A stretch of DNA of 64,000 nucleotides from Ramlibacter sp. (GTDB lineage: Bacteria; Pseudomonadota; Gammaproteobacteria; Burkholderiales; Burkholderiaceae_C). The position numbers and the translations under genes were made by a program. The stretch is from contig JACMQX010000001.1 in the NCBI GenBank assembly GCA_014376765.1, forward strand, positions 2,052-66,051, given 5' to 3'. This document shows, piece after piece, positions 8,517 through 18,044 of this stretch (position 1 is the stretch's first letter; the number at the start of each line of letters is the position of its first letter). A model generated the notes under the pieces. That model did no database searches. It worked only from the letters and a program-made list of their open reading frames with translations, and was not told the origin of the DNA.

Positions 8517-10616
8517 CTACTGAACCTGCTGCGCTTCAAAAGCACGTATTTCGTCCAGCGCCTCTTTCAAGCCCATCTCGCCGGCCTGCAGCAGCTTGCC
8601 CGTGAGGTGATCAGTCAAGGGCTTCAGGCCAAGCAGCACTGCGCGCGTTTCCGCATACAGCCGCTCGCTTTGCGCTTCCATCAGCGCGCGGGTCCCGTCA
8701 TCCAGCGACTTGCCTGCGCCCTCGCCGTCCAGCGCGCCGAAGTTCAGGCGGGTCTTGCGGTACATGCCCATCTCGGCAATGGCGTGGTGCAACAGCCGCG
8801 TCACGCGGGTGATGTCGTTGTGGGCGCCGTTGGTCGTGCCCTCTTCGCCGAAGAACAGCTCTTCATTGGCCATGCCGCCCAGCAGCACGCGCACGTCATG
8901 CTCCATGTCGGCCTTGGTCTTGAGCAGGTTGTTGCCCTGTTTGTGGAACACAAACCCCAGCGCGTTGCTGCGCGGGTTGGCCTTGAGCGAGATCTTGATG
9001 GTCTTCATCTCGCTTTCCAGCTTGCTCCAGTCGCCGCCGGCGAGCTTGCGCTCGTTATCAAAATCCACCAGGAAGTGACCCCACTCGTGGATGGCGATGA
9101 TGCGCCGGTCGCGCTCGCGCTCCTTGGTCGTGTTGCTGGTGACGTTACCCACCATCACCCGCTCTGCCGCCTGCATGAGGGTGGCCTCGCCTATCAGCTC
9201 GCCGGCCTGCACGGCGGCTATGCCGGCCGTGTCCACGATGGTTTCAATGTCGGCCGGGCTGCGGCCTTCGGTCAGCTCCACGATATCGCGCAGGTCCAGC
9301 CCGGGCGCCACCTTGCCCGCGCGCTGCTGCAGGTAGTGGTGAATGATGGCCAGGCGCTCCTGCCCGTTGGGCAGCCGAAAGTCCACCTTCATCTGGAAGC
9401 GGCGCAGCATGGCCTCGTCCATCTGCTGGTTTTCCTGGTTGAAGTTGGAGGCGACGATCCAGATGATCTCGGCGTCCGACTTGGTACGCACGCCATCCAG
9501 CACGGCCAGAAGCATGTTCTGCGTGTCGTCATCGAACTTGCGGCGGCCGCCGCGCTTCATGAACAGGTCCTGCGCTTCGTCCAGAAAGACGATGCAGCGC
9601 TTGCGCCGCTTGGCCATGGCCAAAATGCGGGTGAGTGTCTGCGAGCCGCCGCCTACAAAGCCCGTCTCCAGGTTGACCGCCGAATGGAAAAGGATGGGCA
9701 GGTTCAACTCGCGCGCCAGGTAACTGGCCAGCTTCGTCTTGCCGGTACCAGCCGGGCCGCTGAACATGACGTTGAAGGGCTTGTCGATACCGTACTCCGC
9801 ATACTGCTCGCGGCGGTGGTACTGGTCCTTGATCTGCGCCACTTCGGCCTTGATGTCGTCCATGCCGACCAGGTCGTCCAGGCCGCCCTGGATCTGCGAG
9901 GGTTCGATGAACTTGAGCGCCTTGACCTGGCCGCGCAACTGCATCCAGAGGAAAGCCAGCAGGCCGACCGACAGGCCCACGGAAATCAGGGCGCTCACCT
10001 CGCCCTTCCAGGCGTCGCGCTCGGACTGGGGCCGTGCGCCTGAAAAGCGCTGCTCCAGCCGGGCAAGCACCTCGGCGCTGGGCTCGTCAAGTTCGCTGCG
10101 CGGCACGAAAGTGAGCTTGCCGCCCCATGGCGCAGTCACGGCCTTCTCGGTGAAGATGCGCGTTTCCATGTCAGAGGGGTAGTAGGCGTATTGCCGGCCC
10201 TGCGACTCGATCAGCACAAAGCGCTCGGACACGCTCCAGGACAGCGCGCTGTAAATAACTGTGATGTTCTCCACTGCATTGCGGTCCAGGAAGCTAAGGA
10301 CCGATCCCGTGCCAAAGACCACTGGCAGATTCTTGTTGTAACTCCATACCGCCTGTGCGCCCTTTTCGGTCGCGGCCATGGCCTTGACCTGCTGGGCCAT
10401 GAGCTCCTGCTTTTGCATGGACGACCATGAATAGAACGCGGTGAGGGGAATGAGCACCGCCACGGCAATGACCGCCAGTTTCAGGCCCGCGGTCTGGATG
10501 GCAAACCAGTCCTGCAAACGGGCAAACGCCTTCGCCAGCCCGCCCCGGTTGGGGGGCGTGGGCGGGGAGGCTTCGCCTTCTTTGGGCGCTGCCTTATGAC
10601 TGGAGAGGTCGGGCAT
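8517..10616 (-). CDS. Divergent FtsH-family membrane AAA+ ATPase / M41 zinc metalloprotease paralog
   Basis: 699 aa with two TM helices (LKLAVIAVAVLIPLTAFYSW; VSALISVGLSVGLLAFLWMQL) flanking a ~150-aa loop. Walker A is GPAGTGKTKL, Walker B is IVFLDEAQ, and the pore-loop-like motif is GFVGGG. HEWGH (HExxH) and GGMANEELFFGEEGTTNGAHNDI match the FtsH GGRxAEExxFG...TTGAxND block. Confidence 0.8.
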   Translation of the reverse strand: MPDLSSHKAAPKEGEASPPTPPNRGGLAKAFARLQDWFAIQTAGLKLAVIAVAVLIPLTAFYSWSSMQKQELMAQQVKAMAATEKGAQAVWSYNKNLPVVFGTGSVLSFLDRNAVENITVIYSALSWSVSERFVLIESQGRQYAYYPSDMETRIFTEKAVTAPWGGKLTFVPRSELDEPSAEVLARLEQRFSGARPQSERDAWKGEVSALISVGLSVGLLAFLWMQLRGQVKALKFIEPSQIQGGLDDLVGMDDIKAEVAQIKDQYHRREQYAEYGIDKPFNVMFSGPAGTGKTKLASYLARELNLPILFHSAVNLETGFVGGGSQTLTRILAMAKRRKRCIVFLDEAQDLFMKRGGRRKFDDDTQNMLLAVLDGVRTKSDAEIIWIVASNFNQENQQMDEAMLRRFQMKVDFRLPNGQERLAIIHHYLQQRAGKVAPGLDLRDIVELTEGRSPADIETIVDTAGIAAVQAGELIGEATLMQAAERVMVGNVTSNTTKERERDRRIIAIHEWGHFLVDFDNERKLAGGDWSKLESEMKTIKISLKANPRSNALGFVFHKQGNNLLKTKADMEHDVRVLLGGMANEELFFGEEGTTNGAHNDITRVTRLLHHAIAEMGMYRKTRLNFGALDGEGAGKSLDDGTRALMEAQSERLYAETRAVLLGLKPLTDHLTGKLLQAGEMGLKEALDEIRAFEAQQVQ

Positions 10617-10842
10617 GGTGGTGGCTCATGGGCATGAGGCATTAAAACTAGGTATTCGCGCCTACGCAAGATGTAGGTTCCATCCTACAGAAGCGGGTCA
10701 GGCCTTGGTCTTTCGGGGAGATTCCCCGGATATAAAGGCCCCAAAGCCAAACGAGGTGTTTCAACCTCGCCCGAGCCCCTTCTTCTTGCCCTGTCAGGGC
10801 CTTGGCCTCAACCCAGTGCGGCCATCAGGGTAGCCCCGCCCG

Positions 10843-12450
10843 TCAAGCTAGCGCCGGCTCTGGAGCCTTGACCGCCGCCGTTTTAGCCTCGGGCACAGCC
10901 GAGCGGATCAGGTAATCAAACGCGCCAAGCGCTGCCTTTGCGCCATCGCCTGCAGCAATGATGATCTGCTTGAACGGCACCGTGGTCGCATCACCCGCTG
11001 CAAACACGCCGGGAATGGAGGTATGGCCCTTGGCGTCCACAATGATCTCGCCGTGGCGCGACAACTCGACCGTGCCTTTGAGCCAGTCGGTGTTGGGCAC
11101 AAGGCCGATCTGCACAAACACGCCTTCAAGCCCAACCTGCTTGTCCTCGCCCGTGGTGCGGTCCTTGTAGCTCAGGCCGTTGACCTTTTGCCCGTCACCC
11201 GTCACCGCGGTGGTTTGCGCATGGACGATCACCGTCACGTTGGGCAGGCTGGCCAGCTTGCGCTGCAGCACGGCGTCGGCGCGCAGTTGGGTGTCGAACT
11301 CGATCAGCGTCACATGCCTGACAATGCCGGCCAGGTCAATGGCAGCCTCCACACCGGAGTTGCCGCCACCAATGACCGCCACGCGCTTGCCCTTGTAGAG
11401 CGGCCCGTCGCAGTGCGGGCAGTAGGCCACGCCTTTGTTCCGGTACTCCTGCTCGCCCGGCACGTTAATGTTGCGCCAGCGCGCGCCCGTCGCAATGATT
11501 ACGGTGCGTGCCTTGAGCGACGCGCCGCTTTCCAGCTTGACTTCCACCAGGCCATCGCCGGCCACCAGGCCGGCGGCCCGTTGCAGGTTCATGATGTCCA
11601 CGTCGTACTCGCGCACGTGTTCTTCCAGGGCCAGCACAAAGCGCGGGCCCTCTGTTTCCTTGATCGAAATAAAGTTCTCGATGCCCATGGTGTCCATCAC
11701 CTGGCCGCCAAAACGCTCAGACGCGATGCCGGTGCGAATGCCCTTGCGCGCCGCATACACGGCCGCAGCAGCGCCGGCCGGGCCACCACCGACGATCAGC
11801 ACATCAAACGGGGCCTTGGCAGAGATCTTCTCGGCTTCGCGTGCAGCGCCGCCGGTGTCGACCTTGGCGATGATCTCTTCCAGGCTCATGCGGCCCTGGC
11901 CGAAATGCGTGCCGTTCAAAAAGATTGTTGGCACCGCCATGATCTGCCGCTCGTTGATCTCGTCCTGAAACAGAGAGCCGTCGATCATGGTGGCCTTGAT
12001 GCGCGGGTTTTGCACCGCCATCAGGTTCAGCGCCTGAACCACGTCCGGGCAGTTGTGGCAGCTGAGGGAGATGTAGATTTCAAAGTCCAGGTCCACGTCC
12101 AGCGCGCGGACCTGGTCGAGCAGCGCCTGCTCGACCTTGGGCGGGTAACCGCCGACCTGCAACAGGGCCAGCACCAGCGAGGTGAACTCGTGGCCCATGG
12201 GCAGGCCGGCAAAGCGCGGCCCGTTGGTGCCGCCGGGGCGGTTGACCGAAAAGGACGGCGTGCGCAGCGAGGCGGCAGCGCCATTCACTTCCGAGACCTT
12301 GATGAGAGGCGACGCCGCCGCAACGTCCGCCAGCAGCGCCTGCAGGTCCGCGGAGGCCTTGGTGTCGTCCAGGGCTGCAACGATTTCCACCGGTTGCGAA
12401 ATGCGTTGCAGGTAGCTGCCCAGCTGGGCTTTGAGGTTGGCGTCGAGCAT
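10843..12450 (-). CDS. ahpF: Alkyl hydroperoxide reductase subunit F
   Basis: 535 aa with redox CHNC and CPHCDG motifs and FAD/NAD GxGxxG motifs (VGGGPAG, IGGGNSG). It lies immediately downstream of ahpC. Confidence 0.95.
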   Translation of the reverse strand: MLDANLKAQLGSYLQRISQPVEIVAALDDTKASADLQALLADVAAASPLIKVSEVNGAAASLRTPSFSVNRPGGTNGPRFAGLPMGHEFTSLVLALLQVGGYPPKVEQALLDQVRALDVDLDFEIYISLSCHNCPDVVQALNLMAVQNPRIKATMIDGSLFQDEINERQIMAVPTIFLNGTHFGQGRMSLEEIIAKVDTGGAAREAEKISAKAPFDVLIVGGGPAGAAAAVYAARKGIRTGIASERFGGQVMDTMGIENFISIKETEGPRFVLALEEHVREYDVDIMNLQRAAGLVAGDGLVEVKLESGASLKARTVIIATGARWRNINVPGEQEYRNKGVAYCPHCDGPLYKGKRVAVIGGGNSGVEAAIDLAGIVRHVTLIEFDTQLRADAVLQRKLASLPNVTVIVHAQTTAVTGDGQKVNGLSYKDRTTGEDKQVGLEGVFVQIGLVPNTDWLKGTVELSRHGEIIVDAKGHTSIPGVFAAGDATTVPFKQIIIAAGDGAKAALGAFDYLIRSAVPEAKTAAVKAPEPALA

Positions 12451-12461
12451 CTTGGTGGGCC

Positions 12462-13025
12462 TTAGATCTTGCCGACGAGGTCGAGCGACGGCGTGAGGGT
12501 TTTATCGCCTTCGCTCCACTTGGCGGGGCAGACTTCACCTGGGTGCGCCGCCGTGTACTGGGCAGCCTTCAGTTTGCGCAGCGTTTCCTTGACGTCACGG
12601 GCGATCTCGTTGGAGTGCACTTCCATCGTCTTGATGGTGCCTTCCGGGTTGATGATGAAGGTGCCGCGCAAAGCCAGGCCTTCTTCCGGAATGTGCACGC
12701 CGAATGCGTTCGTCAGCGCATGGGTCGGATCGCCCACGAGTGGGAACCTGGCCTTGCCCACGGCCGGCGACGTTTCATGCCACACCTTGTGCGAGAAGTG
12801 CGTGTCGGTCGTTACGATGTAGACCTCGGCACCCATCTTCTGGAATTCGGCGTAGTTGTCGGCGGCGTCTTCGACTTCGGTCGGGCAGTTGAAGGTGAAG
12901 GCCGCCGGCATGAAGATCAGGACGGACCACTTGCCCTTGAGCGTCTCGTTGCTGACTGGAACGAACTTGCCGTTGTGAAAGGCGGTGGTTTTGAACGGGA
13001 CGATTTGTGTGTTGATCAGGGACAT
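12462..13025 (-). CDS. ahpC: Peroxiredoxin AhpC (typical 2-Cys)
   Basis: 187 aa with FTFNCPTE (peroxidatic Cys) and EVCPAKW (resolving Cys). AGAGGA lies upstream. Confidence 0.95.
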   Translation of the reverse strand: MSLINTQIVPFKTTAFHNGKFVPVSNETLKGKWSVLIFMPAAFTFNCPTEVEDAADNYAEFQKMGAEVYIVTTDTHFSHKVWHETSPAVGKARFPLVGDPTHALTNAFGVHIPEEGLALRGTFIINPEGTIKTMEVHSNEIARDVKETLRKLKAAQYTAAHPGEVCPAKWSEGDKTLTPSLDLVGKI

Positions 13026-13140
13026 TAATGTTTCCTCTATTGCGATTGAAAAAAATAACCAACCGCAACTTTAACGGCCAAAGGCGGGCTTGTTAAATCA
13101 ATTGAGGTAATGACGGTTATTGGAAATGCCTATGCTGCCG
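13026..13140 (-). promoter_or_regulatory. ahpC upstream region with a weak OxyR-like site (4 tetranucleotide elements spaced by 7 nt)
   Basis: Minus-strand reading gives ATAG-N7-CAAT-N7-ATTA-N7-TGAT (plus coordinates about 13093-13133), against the OxyR consensus ATAG-N7-CTAT-N7-ATAG-N7-CTAT. The stretch toward the ATG is AT-rich. The match is partial only. Confidence 0.3.
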
Positions 13141-13186
13141 GTGAAAACCGCCTGCCGGGCGTAAGGGTTGGCTTTTCACAGGCTGC

Positions 13187-13603
13187 TCAGCGACTGGCAA
13201 CCGGCTGGGTACTCCACCAGATCAACACCAGCAGCGCGAGCTGCACTGGCAGCCGAAGCACCAGCGCCCAATACGGCACCCCGAACAACTCGGGTGACTG
13301 CAGCATGTAGATGTGAGCGGGCGTGACCGCCAAAGTCAACGCAAAGAGGCCCCATCCGGCGACCTGGCGCGCAGGCCGCCACAGCACCCCAATCGCGCCC
13401 AGAATTTCAAACACACCGCTCAGCAGCACAGCAGCACGCGGCCAGGGAAACCAGGGCGGGACGATGCGCATCTCGGTCTCGGTCAGCGCGAAGTGCGCGA
13501 TGCCGCCGATGAAAAACCACAGGAAAACAAAGCCGATGCCGGCGACACGCCAGCGCGTCAGCGGGCCGTGTTGTGTCGAGTGTTCAGGTATCAATTTGTG
13601 CAT
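13187..13603 (-). CDS. DoxX-like (DoxX_2) family membrane protein
   Basis: 138 aa with 4 hydrophobic helices. Motifs GGIAHF...IVPPWFPWP...LSGVFEILGAIGVLW...TPAHIYM are typical of the DoxX-like family. Confidence 0.6.
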   Translation of the reverse strand: MHKLIPEHSTQHGPLTRWRVAGIGFVFLWFFIGGIAHFALTETEMRIVPPWFPWPRAAVLLSGVFEILGAIGVLWRPARQVAGWGLFALTLAVTPAHIYMLQSPELFGVPYWALVLRLPVQLALLVLIWWSTQPVASR

Positions 13604-13694
13604 GGTGGCGCCGCTGCTGGCTCATTGTGCGGCATGGAACCAGTTCACCAGGCGGGTGACACATAAAGCATTCAACTTCACTACAGCTTGACCC

Positions 13695-14168
13695 ATGAAC
13701 TCGTCCACATCGGGAGACAGCAGGCCCTGGCAATACGCCATCTCGCCATTTCATGCACCCATCATGGCGACGATACAAATGCAGCGGGGCTACCCGCTGT
13801 GCCACTTCTCACGTGAAAGCATTGCCCAGTTGCGCCAGCAAATCAAAAACGGGCAAGCACAGCCCGTCAACGCCGGTTACCTGACGCTGGACCCTGCCGA
13901 CCGGAGCATCTGGTATGCGGGCGGCAACAAGCGTGTGCTCAGCCCCCAGGGGTTTGACTTTGCCTACGCGATGGCGTCCCAGCCAGGCAAGCTTTTCACC
14001 CATGAACTGCTGACTGCATTGTTTGATTACGAAAGCCGGGTCACCACCAAGGCAGCGCGCGACCAACGCGTCAACCTCGCTGTGGCGCGGTTGAAGATGA
14101 AGCTGCAGGGGATGCGGGTGGCGTTGACGTCGGTGTATGCGTCGGGGCATGTGCTTGAAGTGACTTGA
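13695..14168 (+). CDS. Stand-alone OmpR/PhoB-type winged-helix DNA-binding protein (no receiver domain)
   Basis: The C-terminal ~100 aa align by eye to the PhoB effector domain: LTLDPADRSIWYAGGNKRVLSPQGFDFAYAMASQPGKLFTHELL...QRVNLAVARLKMKL...SVYASGHVLEV. No SD precedes any candidate ATG (13695, 13764, 13779), so the start is uncertain. Confidence 0.55.
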   Translation: MNSSTSGDSRPWQYAISPFHAPIMATIQMQRGYPLCHFSRESIAQLRQQIKNGQAQPVNAGYLTLDPADRSIWYAGGNKRVLSPQGFDFAYAMASQPGKLFTHELLTALFDYESRVTTKAARDQRVNLAVARLKMKLQGMRVALTSVYASGHVLEVT

Positions 14169-14234
14169 GTCGCTGAAGACTCCCACGTGGAGACCACTTC
14201 GGCTACACAAAATGCAAACCCTTAAAGAGATTCG

Positions 14235-15920
14235 ATGAACAACCTGACCATCGCGCGCGCGTACGGTCCCGACTTGTTTGCGACCTCGAATCGCGCAGGC
14301 GCATCAAAGGATGTTCAAGCGGGGGACCCCACGTACGCGAGCGACCTGAAGCATTTGGCTGTGACGATTATTTCGGCTGCCCAATCGAAAGGCGCTGGGC
14401 CAATCGATCCTTGCGCAGCTGACGCAATTTCCATCCTGATCAACTTTGCAACGCGTACGGACGACGTGGGCAAACGTGCACAAACAGTTCTGATTGATCT
14501 CCACGCGCGCAAAGATTGCGCCTCGGTCACACCTGATCTTCAGCAAGCAGCTCGCGACATGTGCCAGATCGTCAAAGATGTTCCGAAACCCTATGACGCA
14601 CCGCAGTTGTCGGAAGTTGTAGCCCTCTTCGGCAAAAAGATTGCAGGAGACGGTGACTTGGGAATTTTTTTGGATCACCATATCGCGCGCCTGAACGATT
14701 ATCCCAACGCTGCCGAACAGCCAGATCAGCTCAACAATCAAATCTTCGGCGAACCGGTTTCTTCACTCGACAACAAGCATGATGTCCCGGCGCCCCAAGT
14801 GTCGGAAATAGGTTTTCAAGTCGTCACAACCATACGATTGCCTTACGAGCACATCCAGCTGTTGGGCGATCCCGTGCGCCTGGACAGCCAGTCCGCTGGC
14901 ACGCAGATAGAGGCACAGAAAACCAGAGCAGGTAATCTTGCACTCGACTCCCAAAGGCCAGCTGCCTTTTTATTGTGCAATTGCAGTGAGCCGGGTCAGG
15001 AAAAATGGCATGCATTGATTGCCGAACCTATGGACGGCGGCGGCGTCCACTGGCACTTCCTCACACCGCATGCCGAGGACGCGGCTCAAAACGATGCAGA
15101 CGGAACTCGCACCCAATTTATGGGCCATGGCGATTCACTCCTGAGCGTGAAATCAATCTTGAAGGCAATTAACGACAATCCAACTGATCGCCGCGGCGTT
15201 GGTGTCGTCATCGCAGAACACCTCGCCTCCAAGGACGTACTTCCCGTCACAGTGCACGTGGAAAGGCCCGTGGCGCTGCCAGTCGCACCCGTGTCTGCTG
15301 CGCAAGCGGCCACGGCCCTCGTAAACTTGAAACAGTTCGGACGAACACTCGGCCTTGAGGTCTCTCCCGTCCCTGGAAAACTGGCGTTCCGTTCGATGTT
15401 TGACAAAATACAGGTGGCCAGGGAACAAGGGGCGAGGGGAGCCACCCTCGCGCTCAATCGGGAAGCAAAAAATCTGCATAGCGTCATCAGAGGTTTCGAG
15501 ATGCAACGCGTTTCAACACGCCGGTTGCATGCAGAACAAATGGGCGACGTGTCGCTCGCTGAAGCCATCTTGGACGGTCCCGATCAATTTTTGAAAGACT
15601 GCCATAGATTGGCCATGGAGATGCACAAGTACGCGTCACCAAGTCAAACACTGATAAGCATGCAAAACCTGCGTACTGCAGCTATTAACTTCCTTGCCAG
15701 CCGGGCAAATTTAGTTGAAAAGGTAGGCGCGGAAATCAAGCTTCTCGAAGATAGAGAGAGCAAAGATTCGCTGATGAAGCTCAACGTCGAAGGCCTCAAT
15801 GGCCATCTTTACACCGCCGTTGTGTCGCTTGCCGAACAGGTTGCTGCTGACCCGCAAACTGCCGCGGCGTATTTTCAGGCGCTTCCCGGCCTCAGTGGAG
15901 CCGCTTGGCTCAAACAATAA
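14235..15920 (+). CDS. Hypothetical protein, paralog 1 of a duplicated pair (no recognisable domain)
   Basis: 561-aa ORF with AAAGAGA upstream of the ATG. It is collinear and homologous with the 16143..18044 product along its whole length. Its composition is lower in GC than the flanks. Confidence 0.75.
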   Translation: MNNLTIARAYGPDLFATSNRAGASKDVQAGDPTYASDLKHLAVTIISAAQSKGAGPIDPCAADAISILINFATRTDDVGKRAQTVLIDLHARKDCASVTPDLQQAARDMCQIVKDVPKPYDAPQLSEVVALFGKKIAGDGDLGIFLDHHIARLNDYPNAAEQPDQLNNQIFGEPVSSLDNKHDVPAPQVSEIGFQVVTTIRLPYEHIQLLGDPVRLDSQSAGTQIEAQKTRAGNLALDSQRPAAFLLCNCSEPGQEKWHALIAEPMDGGGVHWHFLTPHAEDAAQNDADGTRTQFMGHGDSLLSVKSILKAINDNPTDRRGVGVVIAEHLASKDVLPVTVHVERPVALPVAPVSAAQAATALVNLKQFGRTLGLEVSPVPGKLAFRSMFDKIQVAREQGARGATLALNREAKNLHSVIRGFEMQRVSTRRLHAEQMGDVSLAEAILDGPDQFLKDCHRLAMEMHKYASPSQTLISMQNLRTAAINFLASRANLVEKVGAEIKLLEDRESKDSLMKLNVEGLNGHLYTAVVSLAEQVAADPQTAAAYFQALPGLSGAAWLKQ

Positions 15921-15942
15921 CTTTCGGTTGGCTGCGTGGCAA

Positions 15943-15990
15943 TTACTTTCCCACAACCCCATCGCCCGGTTGATCACTTCTTTAATGGTT
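15943..15990 (-). pseudogene. Relic of the 3' end of the acyl-CoA dehydrogenase gene (duplication scar)
   Basis: TTACTTTCCCACAACCCCATCGCCCGGTTGATCACTTCTTTAATGGT aligns to the true ACAD 3' end at 18054-18101 (TTATTTCGCCCCCAACCCCATCGCCCGCGTGATCACTTCTTTCATGAT). It would encode ...KEVINRAMGLWES versus ...[13 protein letters not shown]. Confidence 0.65.
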
Positions 15991-16008
15991 TGACTTTTTC
16001 CACGCGAG

Positions 16009-16078
16009 GAAGCTGCGGGGGATGCGGGTGACCCTGACGTTGGTGTGTGCGTGGGAGCCTGCGCTTGAGGTAACTTGA
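16009..16078 (+). pseudogene. Relic of the 3' end of the winged-helix regulator gene (duplication scar)
   Basis: GAAGCTGCGGGGGATGCGGGTGACCCTGACGTTGGTGTGTGCGTGGGAGCCTGCGCTTGAGGTAACTTGAG aligns to 14099-14168, the last ~23 codons plus stop of the regulator gene. Confidence 0.65.
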
Positions 16079-16142
16079 GTCGGCGGGAATCCCGTACAAA
16101 GAGCAGAACGGCAACACAAATGCCTACCTATAAGGAACTTTG

Positions 16143-18044
16143 ATGAACAACCTGACCTGCGCCCGTGCTTATGGTCCCGACTTGTTTGCTACCTCAAACC
16201 GCGCAGAAGCATCAAAGGATATTCAAGCGTCGGACCCCAAGTACTTGAACGACCTGGAGCTTTTGGCTGTAACCATCATTTCGGCTGCCAAATCGAAAGG
16301 CGCTGGGCAAATTAATCCTTGCGCAGCTGACGCAATCTCCATCTTGATCAACCTTGCAACGCGTATGGACGACGTGGGCAAGCATGCACAAGACCTTCTG
16401 GTTGATCTCAACTTGCGCGCAGACTGCGCCTCCGTCACACCTGATCTTCAGCAAGCTGCTCGCGACATGTGCCAGATCGTGAAAGATTTTCCGCAAGGCT
16501 ATAAAGCACCGCCGTTGTCGACGGTCGTCGCCCTCTTCGGTAGGCAGATCGCAGGAGCGGGTGACTTGGCGCATTTTTTAAATAACCACATTGCGCGCGC
16601 AAACGATTACCCCAACGCTTCCGAGCAGTCAGATCAGCCGGGCATCGAAATCGAGGGCGACTGGTCGCCGCTAGAAAACAAGCATGATGTCCCGGCGGGC
16701 CAAGAGGCGGAAATAGGATCTGAAATAGTCACCATACGATCGTCCTACCAAGGCATCAACGTTTTGAGTGATACCGTGCGCCTGGGCATCCATTCCACTG
16801 GCACACAGGTAGGGGCACTGAAAACTCAAGCAAGCGAAATTGCACTAACGTCCCAAAAGCCTGCTGCGTTTCTTTTGGCCGAATTAGAAAATGAGCCGGG
16901 TCGGGAATGGCATGCAATGATCGCCGAACCAATTAGAAACGGAAGCATCCGCTGGCACTTCCTCACACCGGCGGTTGAGGACGCTGTAGACGCAGATGCA
17001 GATGCGTATGGATACAGTACCTACCACGTTGGTCATGGCGGCGATCTTCTGCTGAACCTCAAATTAATCCTGAAGGCAATTAACGACAATCCAGCTGATC
17101 CTCGCGGCATCAGTCACGTCATCGAGGAGCAAGTCGCAGCCAACAATATTGCTGCGGCAGCAGTGCTGATGTCTAACCCAGCAATGGCCAACGATTATTT
17201 CCGATTCCTGCCGCCAGAGGTTTTAGCTGGAGGCGCAGGTATCAATCCTGTACATTCCCCACGGCCTCAATCGGCAGCCGTCCGTTCGCCTGCAAACGGT
17301 CAAAGTAATGCGCTGGGCAGAACACCTGAACAAGTCGCTGCGCTCGCAATTCTCATAAACAAAGGCACGCAGCTGGAATTGAAATTTGCGAGAACGCCTT
17401 CTGGTGGTTTTGAGGCCAAGTCGGTCTTCAGGCGGATTGAAGAGTATCGGGAAGAGACCAGGAAACATTTATTCAACCCGCATGGCGGAAACGCGCAGGT
17501 TGCCAAAAACGCTGCGCTTGAAGCGGCCCCAAAACATATATCTCCAGCCGGGCAGTTTATGCACGCCATTCGAAATTTCGGATTGCCAAGTGGTGTGATG
17601 ACCAACATCAACGACTATGTTCTTTTTGGCTCCGCAGCCGCTAAGAGGTCTCCGGCATACGCTGCCGTGGCAATCGTACGAACAAATGCAGCCATGCTGG
17701 CGCTTCAGCCAGCAAACTTCCTGAAGACATGCGGCGAGGAAGCCTACAGGAGCAACACTCCAGAAAAAGTAAGCGAATCGCTCAGATCGGCCGCACTCCA
17801 ATTTATCGAGCAAAGCATTCAGGCACGAACAGACATTAAACTTGCCATTGAGCAGCTGGGTGCCGTCAGTGGTCTCAATGTGGACGTCGTTGCGGGTATG
17901 AAGCAAGAACTCGAGGCGCTCGAGAAGGCCTGCCTTGATAACGCGGCCTACAAAGACGTAGTTGCTTTTGCCGACGAGGTCAGCAAGCACCCGGACACAG
18001 CGCTTTCATATTTTCGATCGCTACCCATGCAGGCCGGCGCGTAA
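16143..18044 (+). CDS. Hypothetical protein, paralog 2 of the duplicated pair
   Basis: The ORF track starts at TTG 16140. ATG 16143 matches the paralog-1 N-terminus (MNNLT) and has AAGGA 6 nt upstream. 633 aa. The N-terminal ~330 aa are clearly similar to paralog 1 and the C-terminal part is more diverged. Confidence 0.75.
   Translation: MNNLTCARAYGPDLFATSNRAEASKDIQASDPKYLNDLELLAVTIISAAKSKGAGQINPCAADAISILINLATRMDDVGKHAQDLLVDLNLRADCASVTPDLQQAARDMCQIVKDFPQGYKAPPLSTVVALFGRQIAGAGDLAHFLNNHIARANDYPNASEQSDQPGIEIEGDWSPLENKHDVPAGQEAEIGSEIVTIRSSYQGINVLSDTVRLGIHSTGTQVGALKTQASEIALTSQKPAAFLLAELENEPGREWHAMIAEPIRNGSIRWHFLTPAVEDAVDADADAYGYSTYHVGHGGDLLLNLKLILKAINDNPADPRGISHVIEEQVAANNIAAAAVLMSNPAMANDYFRFLPPEVLAGGAGINPVHSPRPQSAAVRSPANGQSNALGRTPEQVAALAILINKGTQLELKFARTPSGGFEAKSVFRRIEEYREETRKHLFNPHGGNAQVAKNAALEAAPKHISPAGQFMHAIRNFGLPSGVMTNINDYVLFGSAAAKRSPAYAAVAIVRTNAAMLALQPANFLKTCGEEAYRSNTPEKVSESLRSAALQFIEQSIQARTDIKLAIEQLGAVSGLNVDVVAGMKQELEALEKACLDNAAYKDVVAFADEVSKHPDTALSYFRSLPMQAGA

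Noticed and set aside
8460-10043. 527-aa plus-strand ORF opposite the FtsH-like gene. Similar long antisense ORFs occur elsewhere, e.g. 11023-12465(+), 24939-26138(-), 27894-29015(-), 45927-47147(+), 47162-48298(+), 50059-51165(+), 52231-53658(+), 60569-61726(+).
   Set aside because: These are typical high-GC shadow frames. Their translations are Arg/Ala/Gly/His-rich with no motifs. Each lies entirely opposite a CDS with unambiguous family signatures.
15711-15977. 88-aa minus-strand ORF between the two paralogs, starting MINRAMGLWES.
   Set aside because: Its first residues are simply the relic of the acyl-CoA dehydrogenase C-terminus read in frame. The rest runs antisense through the end of paralog 1. 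It is a duplication scar, not a gene.
14235-18044. Paralog pair as Rhs/YD-repeat, RTX or CdiA-type polymorphic toxins with immunity genes.
   Set aside because: They contain no YD, RTX nonapeptide or haemagglutinin repeats and no PAAR/VgrG neighbours. There is no small immunity-like ORF after either copy. The spacer between them is fully explained by duplication relics.
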